Assembly: GCA_038727705.1 (NCBI GenBank)
Contig: JAVYVJ010000003.1
Location: 9,571 to 73,570, forward strand
DNA: 64,000 bases
Source of the DNA: Zestosphaera sp.
Lineage (GTDB): Archaea > Thermoproteota > Thermoprotei_A > Sulfolobales > NBVN01
Reading direction: 5' to 3'
Below, piece by piece: positions 18,656 through 28,294 of the stretch (position 1 is its first letter; each line of letters begins with the position of its first letter). The translations under genes were made by a program, and so were the position numbers. The notes below the pieces were generated by a model. It was not told the origin of the DNA. It searched no databases and worked only from the letters and a program-made list of their open reading frames with translations.

Positions 18656-20314
18656 TCAACGGTTCCACACGTCTGTATTCGCGTAGGTTGAGGTGCTGCT
18701 GGATATATATAATGTCACTGCGTCGCTGGGGCACATCGCCATGCAGGCAGGCCTCAGCCCACGGTCCCTCAGCGGCTTACATAAGTCGCAGTTCACTACA
18801 CTCCCGCCCCTTATCCTTATGGCTTTGACGGGGCATGAGTGCATGCAGTCCAGGCAGTTATTGCATTTAGTGTAGTCTATGAGGATCTCGCCGAGGGGGC
18901 CTCTGCGGATTGCGTTCCTCTTACATGCTGAGACGCATTTAGCGTTGCTACAGTGCATACACGCTGTGGGGAAGACCAACCCCTCGCCGGTTTTCTGGAT
19001 CTTAATGAGTGACCTGCCCTCATGCACAAAGCTACAGACGTTGCTACAGGTCTCACAGCCGATGCACTTCCCGTAGTCAAACACCCTCAGGAAGGGCGCT
19101 GAACTCAAACACCTGCCGGCGTCAACCCCAGCATTAACTCCAAGGAACCTGCACAGAGACCCCTCAACACTGCCGTCCCACCTAACAAACTCTAGCACAA
19201 GCTCCCTGACGGGGGAGGACTTAAGGATCTCACCAATGCTTGGCATTTCGCCTGTGAGCATTAAGTCTAGGGACCTGGCGGCCCTCAGAGCGCTGTCGAC
19301 AGCGAGTCCTATCTTCGTAGGGCCTGAGACGACGTCCCCGGCCGCGTATATGTTCGTCTCGGGCACCCTGTAGTCCTTCTCCACCATAATCCTCCCATCA
19401 GTCCCTAAGTATCTCACCAGCATCTCACTGCCCGCCGGCGGGGTGGGGAGCTCGCCGACGGCGGTCACGACTAGGTCGGCCTCCAGCGTAAAGCCAGTTC
19501 CAGGGATCGGCACGGGCTTCGGTCTGCCGGTCTCGTCCGGCTCCCCTAACCTCATCCTAGTAAACTCCACGGCCCTTGCCTCACCACCCTCAGCAACTAT
19601 CCTCGTCGGTTGGGCCAGTTCAATGAACTTAACACCGCGTTGCGAGAGTTCCTTGATTCTGTAGGATCCTGCTGGAGCTTCTTTGATCGTCCTCCTGTAG
19701 GTCAGGTAGACCTCCTCAGCCCCCTTCATGAGGGCCGTCTCCGCAGCGTCGACAGCGCTTAATCCCGCCCCGACTACGACGACCCTACCTACACACCTCA
19801 CATCATATGAGGCATAACCGAGCTCAGCGAGTTTTATTCTGTGGAGGAATTCCAGGGCGGACAGCACGTTCCGCGATTCCTCGCCAGACACGTTGAGATG
19901 ACGTGACCTCCAGGTGCCTGTGGCTATGAGCACAGCACTGTACCCGCTGACTAACTTCTCAATGTCGACTGCATCGACAGCGAACTCATCGCCCTCGTCA
20001 CGAGACCGGCTTGATCCAGCCTTCCTCCTCAGGTGGAACTTAACGCCGAAGTTCCCCTCCAGATCCCTACAGCCCTCGAGCACCCTCTCCGGACGTATGC
20101 GGTGGCTTGGGATGGCGAATGTCATCAGGCCGCCTGGTGCGGGGAGCTTATCGTATACATCTACCTCGTAATTCCTGCAGGCTAAGTAGCCTGCGGCAGA
20201 AAGGCCGGCCGGGCCGGCGCCCACGACTGCGACGCGTTTACCGAGAGACGATGACCGCGCCGCGGAGAGGAACGCGAACTTCAAGAACACCACTCCCGTG
20301 GACACTATACCCAT
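18656..20314 (-). CDS. Fusion protein: GltD-like NAD(P)H-dependent flavin oxidoreductase (N-terminal) plus four-cluster [4Fe-4S] polyferredoxin domain (C-terminal)
   Basis: VAVVGAGPAGLSAAGYL dinucleotide motif, a second VVVVGAGLSAVD motif and AAGDVV. The C-terminus has four Cys clusters (CIGCETCSNVC, CMHCSNAKCVSAC, CNNCLDCMHSCP, CDLC...CMAMCP). I place the start at ATG 20314 (MGIVSTG) because tttatttatt at about 20337-20346 looks like its TATA box. The track start at 20401 includes that AT-rich promoter. Confidence 0.8.
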   Translation of the reverse strand: MGIVSTGVVFLKFAFLSAARSSSLGKRVAVVGAGPAGLSAAGYLACRNYEVDVYDKLPAPGGLMTFAIPSHRIRPERVLEGCRDLEGNFGVKFHLRRKAGSSRSRDEGDEFAVDAVDIEKLVSGYSAVLIATGTWRSRHLNVSGEESRNVLSALEFLHRIKLAELGYASYDVRCVGRVVVVGAGLSAVDAAETALMKGAEEVYLTYRRTIKEAPAGSYRIKELSQRGVKFIELAQPTRIVAEGGEARAVEFTRMRLGEPDETGRPKPVPIPGTGFTLEADLVVTAVGELPTPPAGSEMLVRYLGTDGRIMVEKDYRVPETNIYAAGDVVSGPTKIGLAVDSALRAARSLDLMLTGEMPSIGEILKSSPVRELVLEFVRWDGSVEGSLCRFLGVNAGVDAGRCLSSAPFLRVFDYGKCIGCETCSNVCSFVHEGRSLIKIQKTGEGLVFPTACMHCSNAKCVSACKRNAIRRGPLGEILIDYTKCNNCLDCMHSCPVKAIRIRGGSVVNCDLCKPLRDRGLRPACMAMCPSDAVTLYISSSTSTYANTDVWNR

Positions 20315-20539
20315 TAAAAAGTTTGGGTAATGCAATAAATAAACCTTAAGTTTTCCGTATTTCGATTTTCTGTGTGTATCCATCAATGACTCTGAGCCCA
20401 CCTGGAATTCCTTGCAGGCATTACTGCTTCGGGGGTACGTGGTCTTTGAGATATGAAGGTCTAACCATCAGAGTGGATTATGTGTGAGATGGCCACACGC
20501 TTAAATCATTAAGTCTAAATGCAGTTACTTGTACTTCGC

Positions 20540-21646
20540 CTAGAGAGGGCAGTGGGTCAGTCCATGGTAGAATGGGCAGTGACCGCATGTTGGGGTGTTG
20601 CCTAGACAGTCGCTCTCGTTGCTTCGTGTTCTGTCACAGTAATCGACTAGCTTGCAGACGAGGCATGACGGCATCTTCGAGAAGCTCAGCTTGTAGAACA
20701 TCCTTGAATATCTCCCCCTCCAGATCTCGGTTAGGGGTTCGCTGGCCGCGTCGCCCAGTACCACCTCGTGTATCCTTCTTGAAATGCCGAAGAGCCCTGT
20801 CTTCCAGGTGCGTGAGTAGTAGATGCATGGTGACACTAGGCCGTCGTATCTGATGAACAGCGTTCTGCTCGACGCGAAGGGACATACCCGCTGAATCCCC
20901 GCAGGGTATGAGGGCATGGAGATCCTGACGCTGAGTTCAGGTATTTCACCCTTAACCCTGCTGACGCTCCCCTCAAACAGTTTAACGCATTCTGAGTCGC
21001 TGAGACAGTCCAGATCGTCTTCCCTGGATAGAGGTACATAGTAGCTGTAGACGACCTCATTGACGCCGGCCTCCCTAGCCAGCGCTAGCAACCTACCCGC
21101 TTCACTAGCGTTTACTCTATTCACAGTGAACAGGAGTTTCACGTAAGGCCTGGTGCTGCCGCCCACTCGTTTGAACCTAAACAGTTCCCTCAACCCGTTG
21201 AGGACTGAAGGCAGGTCCCCGCCAACCCGTATCTTGCTGTACAGCTCTACCGTGGGGGCGTCGATACTTAGGGCGAGCTCGTCCACATTCTCCGCAATAA
21301 CTCTCGACAGCTCTAGGAGTCTAAAGCCGTTTGTGTTGAGCACTACCTGAAGGCCGTGTTTCCTGCAGATCCTGATGATCTCTTCGATTTCAGGGTGGGT
21401 TGAGGGCTCCCCCCAACCCGTCAGGGCAACTCTCCTTACCCCGGCGCTAACTACATTCCTCAGCACTCTTCTGAAGATATCCATCTCCATATGTCCTTCG
21501 TTAAACCTCACTGCACTCTTCCTGAAGCAGTGAACACAGCTGAGGTTGCATGCAGTCGAGATCTCGAGGGCCACCTCCCTCGGATGTGACTCAGCCCTTA
21601 ACCTAACAATCCAGTCACCGGTTACGATCTCGTTCACGGACCTCAC
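20540..21646 (-). CDS. cmo: Radical SAM protein with a C-terminal SPASM/twitch-like Cys-rich domain (AOR cofactor-modifying Cmo-like)
   Basis: 368 aa. CNLSCVHC radical SAM triad. C-terminal extra cysteines (CPF...SPCIYY...CLVC...CGHC). Divergent from the AOR gene, as I recall for cmo-aor in Pyrococcus. The symbol is tentative. Confidence 0.7.
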   Translation of the reverse strand: MRSVNEIVTGDWIVRLRAESHPREVALEISTACNLSCVHCFRKSAVRFNEGHMEMDIFRRVLRNVVSAGVRRVALTGWGEPSTHPEIEEIIRICRKHGLQVVLNTNGFRLLELSRVIAENVDELALSIDAPTVELYSKIRVGGDLPSVLNGLRELFRFKRVGGSTRPYVKLLFTVNRVNASEAGRLLALAREAGVNEVVYSYYVPLSREDDLDCLSDSECVKLFEGSVSRVKGEIPELSVRISMPSYPAGIQRVCPFASSRTLFIRYDGLVSPCIYYSRTWKTGLFGISRRIHEVVLGDAASEPLTEIWRGRYSRMFYKLSFSKMPSCLVCKLVDYCDRTRSNESDCLGNTPTCGHCPFYHGLTHCPL

Positions 21647-21773
21647 CCACAGAACCTAGTAGTGCGTTTTCCTGACCGAAGGTCTTTACTAAATATTTAC
21701 TGCGGTTCGCGGGTTAAAATTTAAATTTTATGTTGTAATAACTATACTGCACCGTAAACTGCGGGGATCAGTT

Positions 21774-23663
21774 ATGCCCGCTGGAGGTTATATGGGTAGA
21801 GTCCTCAGAGTCAACCTAACGGAGGGGAGGGTAATCTACGAGCCGCTGCCGCCTGATGAGGTTCTGAGGAAGTGGGTCGGTGGTAGAGGGCTTGGCGCGT
21901 ACTACATGCTTAGGGAGGTTGACCCGCGCGTGGACCCGTACAGCCCGGCCAACAAGGCGATAGTTGCTACGGGGCCGCTCACCGGAGTGACGGGCATACC
22001 ATCCTCGGGCAGGTGGTGCTCAGTAACTAAAGCACCTCTAAATATGACGTTGCATGACTCACATAGCGGTGGGAAGTTCGGCCCGGAGCTAAAGTTCGCG
22101 GGTATTGACGCGGTGATAATTGAGGGCGCTTCTGAGAAGCCTGTATACCTCTGGATCCACGACGGCAAGGCTGAGTTGAGGGACGCTAAGCACCTGTGGG
22201 GTAGGGACACTCACGACACGACCGACACAATCAAGGATGAGCTGGCGTCGGAGGTAGGGCCTGACGAGGCTAGAGAGATCAAGGTGGCCTGCATAGGCCC
22301 TGCCGGTGAGAACTTGGTTAAGATAGCGAACATAATCAACGACAAGTCAAGGGCGGCTGGGAGGGGCGGGCACGGCGCCGTATGGGGCTCTAAGAAGTTT
22401 AAGGCGATTGCTGTCAGGGGCCACATGAGACCTAAAGTGGCTGACGAGGAGAGGCTTGAGGAGGTCGCCGCTAAGTCTATGGAGTTGGTGAAGAAGTCCC
22501 CTGTGACGGGTGAGGTCCTCCCGAAGTACGGGACAGCTGCGCTGGTCAACGTTATAAACGCTCACGGCGCCTTCCCCACCAGGAACTTCCAGACCGGCGT
22601 GTTCACTGAGGCGGAGAGGATAAGCGGTGAGAGGATAGCCAGTGAGATAATGGACTGGAAGAAGGCTGAGGAGGAGAAGTGCTGGGGCTGTGAGATAGGC
22701 TGCGCACGCTACACTAAGATTGTGAAGCCGCCCTTCACCGGCGAGGGAGGGGGTCCAGAGTACGAGACTGTGTGGGCCCTCGGGGCGGCGACGGGTACTG
22801 GAGACCTTGCAGCAGTCTCGAAAGCCAACTACCTCTGCAATGAGCTTGGATTGGACACGATATCGGCCGGCGTAACTATAGGGACCCTGATGGAGCTGGT
22901 TGAGAAGGGCAGGGTGCCTGCAGAGAGGCTCAGAGGGTTGAGGGTTGAGTGGGGGAATCCTGAGGCCCTGGTCGAACTTGTGTGGAGGACAGCATATCGC
23001 AGTGGCGTAGGGGACGACCTGGCTGAAGGTGCGGCCAGGCTGGCCAAGAAGTACGGCATGCCCGAGGCAGCGATGGTAGTTAGAGGGCAGGAGCTCCCGG
23101 CCTACGATCCCAGAGGCGTTCAGGGGCACGGTCTCGCGTACGCCACCAGCAACAGGGGAGGTTGCCATCTGAGGGCATACATGATAGCGCCTGAGATCCT
23201 GGGCGTGCCTCAGCTCCTAGACAGGTTCGAGACTAAAGGCAAGGGGAGGTGGGTTAAGAACTTCCAGGACGTCTTCGCCACCCTAGACAGTCTCGTGGTG
23301 TGTAAGTTCGTCACGTTCGCGTACTGGTCCGACGTAATGGCTGAACAGCTCTCGGTAGTGACGGGCTGGGACGTGACTGTCGAGGAGTTTGAGAAGATAG
23401 GTGAGAGGATCTACAATGCTGAAAGGGTGTTCAACATAGCCTCATTCGGTGATGGCGAGGCGTACGACACACTGCCTAAGAGGCTTCTCACGGAGCCCAT
23501 GCCCGAAGGACCTAGTAAGGGCTACGTAAACAGGTTAAGCGAGATGTTGCCGGAGTACTACGAGGTCAGGGGATGGGTTGGGGGCAGACCTACCAGAGCA
23601 AAGCTAGAGGAACTTGACCTGAAATGGCTTGCCGACAAGCTGGAGGGACTGCTCCCGAGTTAA
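21774..23663 (+). CDS. aor: Tungsten-type aldehyde:ferredoxin oxidoreductase family protein (AOR paralog 1)
   Basis: 629 aa. GRVLRVNLTEG...GGRGLGAYY N-terminus, EYETVWALG, LGLDTISAG and CKF motifs typical of the AOR family. Confidence 0.9.
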   Translation: MPAGGYMGRVLRVNLTEGRVIYEPLPPDEVLRKWVGGRGLGAYYMLREVDPRVDPYSPANKAIVATGPLTGVTGIPSSGRWCSVTKAPLNMTLHDSHSGGKFGPELKFAGIDAVIIEGASEKPVYLWIHDGKAELRDAKHLWGRDTHDTTDTIKDELASEVGPDEAREIKVACIGPAGENLVKIANIINDKSRAAGRGGHGAVWGSKKFKAIAVRGHMRPKVADEERLEEVAAKSMELVKKSPVTGEVLPKYGTAALVNVINAHGAFPTRNFQTGVFTEAERISGERIASEIMDWKKAEEEKCWGCEIGCARYTKIVKPPFTGEGGGPEYETVWALGAATGTGDLAAVSKANYLCNELGLDTISAGVTIGTLMELVEKGRVPAERLRGLRVEWGNPEALVELVWRTAYRSGVGDDLAEGAARLAKKYGMPEAAMVVRGQELPAYDPRGVQGHGLAYATSNRGGCHLRAYMIAPEILGVPQLLDRFETKGKGRWVKNFQDVFATLDSLVVCKFVTFAYWSDVMAEQLSVVTGWDVTVEEFEKIGERIYNAERVFNIASFGDGEAYDTLPKRLLTEPMPEGPSKGYVNRLSEMLPEYYEVRGWVGGRPTRAKLEELDLKWLADKLEGLLPS

Positions 23664-23752
23664 ATCGGTACACAATCCCCTTTTTCCTCCAAAACGGCAC
23701 AACGCCTAATCATTCCTTATGTTTTTCACTCACAGACGTAAGGAAGCGACCG

Positions 23753-24463
23753 TTAGCCCTGAGTTCGGGTGAACTTAAGCATGGCCAGCATTGCTCTAGC
23801 ATCCTCAAGCATCCAGTGATCATTGTTGAAAAACACGTAAACACGATCAGGACTTAAGCTGGATATACCCTCAACCAGCTCCGCGAGTTCCTTAAGGCTG
23901 TAATCATAGGCATACCACACCCTACGACCGTGTAGTCTCAAGTACACACTGTCGCTGGATCTAATTAGCCATGACACTGTCGGGGAATCCACGGAGACTA
24001 GGGTCAGTCCTAGTTCACGTCCCCACTCAGCGACCTCCTCAGTGAAGCATGTTGGGTGTCTGAACTCGACGGCAAACCTCCCGTTGAGTCCCGTCTCCCT
24101 GTAGAAAGTCTTAACTCTATCCAGGAGTTCATCACGGCATGAGAAGTTCGGAGGTAGTTGGAACAGGAAGAAGTCGATAAGCTCCTCCATGGGTTTGAAG
24201 AGTTCGTGGAATTTAAACCACGTGTTGAGGGCTTCATCACTGAGCTTGCGTGTGTGGGTCACGCTCCTGTGTACTTTAATAGACCACCTAAGCCCCTCAC
24301 CCCTTCGAGACCAGCCTAGGACTTGATTCCTGTACGGGAATCTGTAGAAACTTGCATTAAGCTCTACGGCGTTAAGGTGTGAGGATCTGACATACCAGTC
24401 CAGAGTCCCCTCAACATTCCAGTCATAGACCCACCCGCTAGTCCCTACGAAAGCTTTAAACAT
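23753..24463 (-). CDS. DUF72 (UPF0759) family protein
   Basis: 236 aa. VGTSGWVYDW...VELNASFYRFP...IKVHRSVTH matches the DUF72 pattern. Confidence 0.75.
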   Translation of the reverse strand: MFKAFVGTSGWVYDWNVEGTLDWYVRSSHLNAVELNASFYRFPYRNQVLGWSRRGEGLRWSIKVHRSVTHTRKLSDEALNTWFKFHELFKPMEELIDFFLFQLPPNFSCRDELLDRVKTFYRETGLNGRFAVEFRHPTCFTEEVAEWGRELGLTLVSVDSPTVSWLIRSSDSVYLRLHGRRVWYAYDYSLKELAELVEGISSLSPDRVYVFFNNDHWMLEDARAMLAMLKFTRTQG

Positions 24464-24507
24464 TCAACACCCGTGTTATACTTAGTTAAGAGGCATTAAT
24501 TCGCTGG

Positions 24508-25110
24508 TCACAGCCTCTCAACCGTCGACTTCAGGAGGGTGGGTACCCTGGACCTGGCTACTTTGACCACGTCCTCCGTCAGGTTCCCTCCTTGAGTGTC
24601 TATAGCTACTATCAGAGGCCCGAATTCTCTAACCCTAAGCAACCAGAGGGCCTCCGGAACTCCTAGATCCAGCCACTCGACATCGAGCACTTCCTCAACA
24701 GCTGAGGCGCCGAGAGCCCCGCAACCGCCAGGGAATATAGTGTATACCGCCTTAAACCTCTGGCAAGCCTCAGCAGTCCTGCGTCCCATGCCTCCCTTAC
24801 CTATGATTAATTTGATCCCCGTCTTCTCGATGAAGACGTCCTCATAGTACTCCATCCTCATGCTCGTGGTAGGGCCTATGGATTGGCAGACCCACTTACT
24901 TCCCGACCTCACCATGACGGGGCCGGCGTGAAGTATTGCCAAACCCCTCAGATCCACAGGTAACGGAAGACCTTCTACAAGGAACCTTCTGTGCACTGCG
25001 TCCCGGGCTGTCACCACGACACCGCTAATGTAGATGACATCACCTACCTTCAGTTCGGACACAACATCGTCGGTCGTGGGAAGATTTATAACCCTACTCA
25101 AGGATTGCAC
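24508..25110 (-). CDS. Class I fumarate hydratase-type hydro-lyase, beta subunit (Fumerase_C domain; fumarase/mesaconase/tartrate dehydratase family)
   Basis: 200 aa. GDVIYISGVVVTARDAVH...IIGKGGMG pattern. Overlaps the alpha subunit gene by 17 nt. Confidence 0.8.
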   Translation of the reverse strand: MQSLSRVINLPTTDDVVSELKVGDVIYISGVVVTARDAVHRRFLVEGLPLPVDLRGLAILHAGPVMVRSGSKWVCQSIGPTTSMRMEYYEDVFIEKTGIKLIIGKGGMGRRTAEACQRFKAVYTIFPGGCGALGASAVEEVLDVEWLDLGVPEALWLLRVREFGPLIVAIDTQGGNLTEDVVKVARSRVPTLLKSTVERL

Positions 25111-26050
25111 CTCCGTGAGTCAGCACCTGGTGGCTCAGGTTCGGGAAGACCCTCAACCACCCCTTCCTAAGGGCCCAGCATGCAGTGCTAACTCCGACCG
25201 CAAGAGTGGCTGGGTGTCTCCCAGCGTACTCCACATGAACTGCTAGGGCGGTGACCCTACCGCCGAGTCCTTGAGGGCCTATCCTTAATTCGTTAATAGC
25301 CTCTACAAGTCTCTCCTCAAGCATGGCTATCCTGGGGTTGGGGTTCCTCAACCCTAAGGTCCTGAGGAGCGCCTTCTTAGAGAGGAGGGCGGCGATCTCT
25401 ACGGTGGGTCCTAAACCAACCCCCACCACCAGCGGCGGGCATGCCGGCGGGCCGTACTCTGCGATGGTGTTTAACACGAACTCGGCAACACCCTCCAAAC
25501 CCAAAGCAGGGTCCAGAACCCTCGCCGAACCAGGTCTGCTCGAACCTCCTCCAGCCATGTAGAGCCGGAGGTCAACGTAGTCGACGCCAGGAAGTAACTC
25601 CACCTCCACCCACGGATGTCCTAATCCCGTGTTGTCCCCGGTATTCCGGCCCGTGGCCGGGTCGACCACGTTAGGTCTTAGGAAACCCTCGCCCGTAGTT
25701 CTCACCACAGCCTCCCTAACGGCCTCAAGGAGGTCGCCCGCATGCGGGAAGCCATTGCCCAACCCGATGAAGAACTCCAGCACGCCGGTGTCCTGGCAGA
25801 GGGGTACGTTCTTGCGGGCAGCCACCTCCAGATTCCTGAACATCGCTTCGTAAACCAGTCTAGCGTGTGGGGAGTTCTCAAGCCTGGAGGCGCTCGCTAG
25901 GGCGGGGATCACGTCGTCAGGCAGCCTAACAGCGACGAGGGATATGAATCTGGAGATTAGGTTGATGAGCTTCTCATACACAGGCTGGGAGGGACTCAGA
26001 AGCATCACCTCGGAATATAATTTACGAAGGGATGTATTAAAGCCTTGCAT
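25094..26050 (-). CDS. Class I fumarate hydratase-type hydro-lyase, alpha subunit
   Basis: 318 aa. PLCQDTGV motif plus Fe-S ligand context. Confidence 0.8.
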   Translation of the reverse strand: MQGFNTSLRKLYSEVMLLSPSQPVYEKLINLISRFISLVAVRLPDDVIPALASASRLENSPHARLVYEAMFRNLEVAARKNVPLCQDTGVLEFFIGLGNGFPHAGDLLEAVREAVVRTTGEGFLRPNVVDPATGRNTGDNTGLGHPWVEVELLPGVDYVDLRLYMAGGGSSRPGSARVLDPALGLEGVAEFVLNTIAEYGPPACPPLVVGVGLGPTVEIAALLSKKALLRTLGLRNPNPRIAMLEERLVEAINELRIGPQGLGGRVTALAVHVEYAGRHPATLAVGVSTACWALRKGWLRVFPNLSHQVLTHGGAILE

Positions 26051-26063
26051 TTAAGGCGAAAAA

Positions 26064-27581
26064 TTAGGTGATTTGCTCCACGCTTAGGACGTTCTTAGCG
26101 TAGCCCACTTCATCCGGCTTAGCAGTGAGCCTGCTGACGATGAGGCATATCAAGACGTTTATGATGAGCCCTATTATGCCTGCGTGCAGACCCTGGTAGG
26201 TTGTGTAGCCTGTGAGCGAGAGCGTTATGCCGACGACGGCGCCTACAGTCATGCCGCTTAAAAGCCCCTTGACGTTGACCCAAGGTATGTAGAGACCCAA
26301 CACTATGGCTGGGAAAGCTTGAATCAGTCCTTCAAACTTTATCTCAGTCCACCTCCATATAGTGGCTCTGGGCTCTATGACTATCGGTATGGCCAGCAAT
26401 GCTATCAGCGCTAGGAGCACTCTGCTCGCTAGCACGATCTCCCTCTCACTCGCTCTGGGCTTGAACGCCCTGAAGACCTCCCTCAGTACTGTCACGCTTA
26501 TCGCTATAGTAGTGGTTGCTGCGGTGGAGAGGGTTGCTGAGAGTAGCGCGAGCATCCACAACAGCCCCAAGGCCTTGGCGGCAGGGTCCACCGGTGCAGC
26601 CTTAACCACGAGCAACGGCACTATCCTCTCACTCTCCATAGTTCCGAGACCCGGTATTATAGCTGCTCCGCAGACCCCTATGAGGACCAGCGACATGGCT
26701 GTTAGCAAGTAGAAGTACGGTGTGAAGATGAGGGTCCTCTTGTATGTGGAGGGGTCTTTAGTCGCCAGCAGGTGCTGGAGGATGTGTATGTAAAGCGGGG
26801 CCCCCGCCCCGACCAAGAATATGGTGCTGAACCAATTGACTATCGTCGTGAAGCTCGTAGGGGTCGATATTAGGGCGGGCTTCTTGCTAGCCAGGGTGGT
26901 TACGGCGTCCCCTATACTGCCGAAGTCCTTAGTCACTAAGATGAGGGTTCCCATGAGGCCCACGAGCATGGTGAGCCCCATGATGGCGTTTGCCAGTGCA
27001 GTGCCTCTAAACCCCCCCAATATAGTGAAGATTATCACACCAACTACGAAAACCACAACCATATACATGTATGGGATCATGCCGGCTGAAACCACCTCGC
27101 CCAGGTAACCCATGGCTATTGCCTGCTCAAAGAACTGGACGAAAGTGCCCCACACCAGAAACACCAGGGTTAGGACGGCCAGGGCGTTGAGCATCCACTT
27201 CTTCTCATAGCCGTACCTTAGTCTGATGAAGTCCATAGGGGACGTGAGTTTCCTAACGGTCGAGATCGGTATGAGTCTGGCCGCCAAGATTATCGTGAAG
27301 GGGAGAATGGTTATCATGAACGTCGGGTACATGAGGAATACGAAGCCCGACCTGTAACTACGTGCAGCATAACCTATGAAGGAGTTACCGCTGTACTGCG
27401 CTGCGTAGAGACTTAAGCCCAGCACAACGTAACCCAACACCCTGCTGGCCAGGAAGAAGTCGTAGACGCTTGTGCCGATACGCTTCCTGTAGGAGTAGTA
27501 TCCTATCAGTATCAGGAAGCCCACGAACAACACTGCCGCTATAGGGGCTTCAATACCGAATGCAGGCTGTTGATCAGCCAA
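26064..27581 (-). CDS. Sodium:solute symporter (SSS) family transporter
   Basis: 505 aa, about 13 TM segments, SSS-like N-terminal pattern (YFLASRVLG). Preceded by a small 2-TM partner gene. Confidence 0.8.
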   Translation of the reverse strand: MADQQPAFGIEAPIAAVLFVGFLILIGYYSYRKRIGTSVYDFFLASRVLGYVVLGLSLYAAQYSGNSFIGYAARSYRSGFVFLMYPTFMITILPFTIILAARLIPISTVRKLTSPMDFIRLRYGYEKKWMLNALAVLTLVFLVWGTFVQFFEQAIAMGYLGEVVSAGMIPYMYMVVVFVVGVIIFTILGGFRGTALANAIMGLTMLVGLMGTLILVTKDFGSIGDAVTTLASKKPALISTPTSFTTIVNWFSTIFLVGAGAPLYIHILQHLLATKDPSTYKRTLIFTPYFYLLTAMSLVLIGVCGAAIIPGLGTMESERIVPLLVVKAAPVDPAAKALGLLWMLALLSATLSTAATTTIAISVTVLREVFRAFKPRASEREIVLASRVLLALIALLAIPIVIEPRATIWRWTEIKFEGLIQAFPAIVLGLYIPWVNVKGLLSGMTVGAVVGITLSLTGYTTYQGLHAGIIGLIINVLICLIVSRLTAKPDEVGYAKNVLSVEQIT

Positions 27582-27588
27582 AGCACTC

Positions 27589-27801
27589 TCACCTCCAGAG
27601 CTTGTGAGCGCTTACGGTTATGAAAACCGCGTAAAGGACGCTGACGAACATTATGGTCAACACCCAGAGAGGTAAACCAGCCACTATGGGTTCATAGACT
27701 CCCTGCGGGAAGTACCAGGGCACGCTAAACAATATAAGCAGTAACCACACGACCCAGAACACGGGGCTTTTGGCAGGCTCTCTGGCTGGGCTGCGTACCA
27801 A
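27589..27801 (-). CDS. Small two-TM membrane protein, probable accessory subunit of the SSS symporter (DUF3311/YjcH-like arrangement)
   Basis: 70 aa with two hydrophobic helices. 7-nt gap to the symporter gene. TTG start with TATA tataaata at 27837-27844. Confidence 0.55.
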   Translation of the reverse strand: MVRSPAREPAKSPVFWVVWLLLILFSVPWYFPQGVYEPIVAGLPLWVLTIMFVSVLYAVFITVSAHKLWR

Positions 27802-27848
27802 GGAGAGACACCCGGGATGGTTACCTGGACCGAGCGTATAAATACAGA

Positions 27849-27864
27849 TCCTAACATGTTTAGC
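27849..27864 (-). promoter_or_regulatory. Conserved 16-nt box TCCTAACATGTTTAGC directly upstream of the symporter-operon TATA
   Basis: Matches 15 of 16 positions with the box at 31039-31054. Contains the inverted repeat CTAA-N5-TTAG. Lies 4 nt from the TATA element. Confidence 0.55.
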
Positions 27865-27910
27865 CTGAAGATATGTTGAAATTTAAAAAGTATATGTCAG
27901 GCAGGAGTGG

Positions 27911-28294
27911 TTAACAGGAGCCTCTGGGGAAAGGCCTCCTCCACTCAATCTTGACCCCTAGAAGCTCCTCCACCTTATGGAGTATTGCAAACACCTCCTT
28001 GAACGTGAGCGTTGTATTACGTGGTTGCCTCCTAACCACGACCTCAAGCTTGCCGTCTAGGATCGGGTCCTTAATCAGTTCCACCTCCCTGCCGTCCACT
28101 AAGGTCTTGAGGGAAATCTTCACACCGAACTTAGAGGGTCCGTAGAGCTCCGCCATCAATGGATTCTCATACTCCTTATGCGGCAGTGTGTCCTTAGAGA
28201 TCACTATGTACTCTGTGGGGGCGTCAGGATGGCAGTACTTCCTGATATTCAGGAGTTCATTATCAAGCTTCCTGTAGTTATTGCACTCCCCCAT
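27911..28294 (-). CDS. Hypothetical protein (127 aa), translationally coupled to the LeuD-like gene
   Basis: ATG at 28292-28294 overlaps the end of the LeuD-like gene by 17 nt. I recognise no family. Confidence 0.5.
   Translation of the reverse strand: MGECNNYRKLDNELLNIRKYCHPDAPTEYIVISKDTLPHKEYENPLMAELYGPSKFGVKISLKTLVDGREVELIKDPILDGKLEVVVRRQPRNTTLTFKEVFAILHKVEELLGVKIEWRRPFPRGSC

Noticed and set aside
20315-20401. N-terminal 29 codons of tracked ORF 18656..20401
   Set aside because: The segment is AT-rich and contains a TATA-like tttatttatt about 25 nt upstream of ATG 20314, so it is more likely promoter than coding sequence.
22347-23168. 273-aa minus-strand ORF inside AOR paralog 1
   Set aside because: It is antisense to a well-supported AOR gene, is Pro/Leu/Arg/Ser-rich, and has no motif. 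Long antisense frames are expected with this codon bias.
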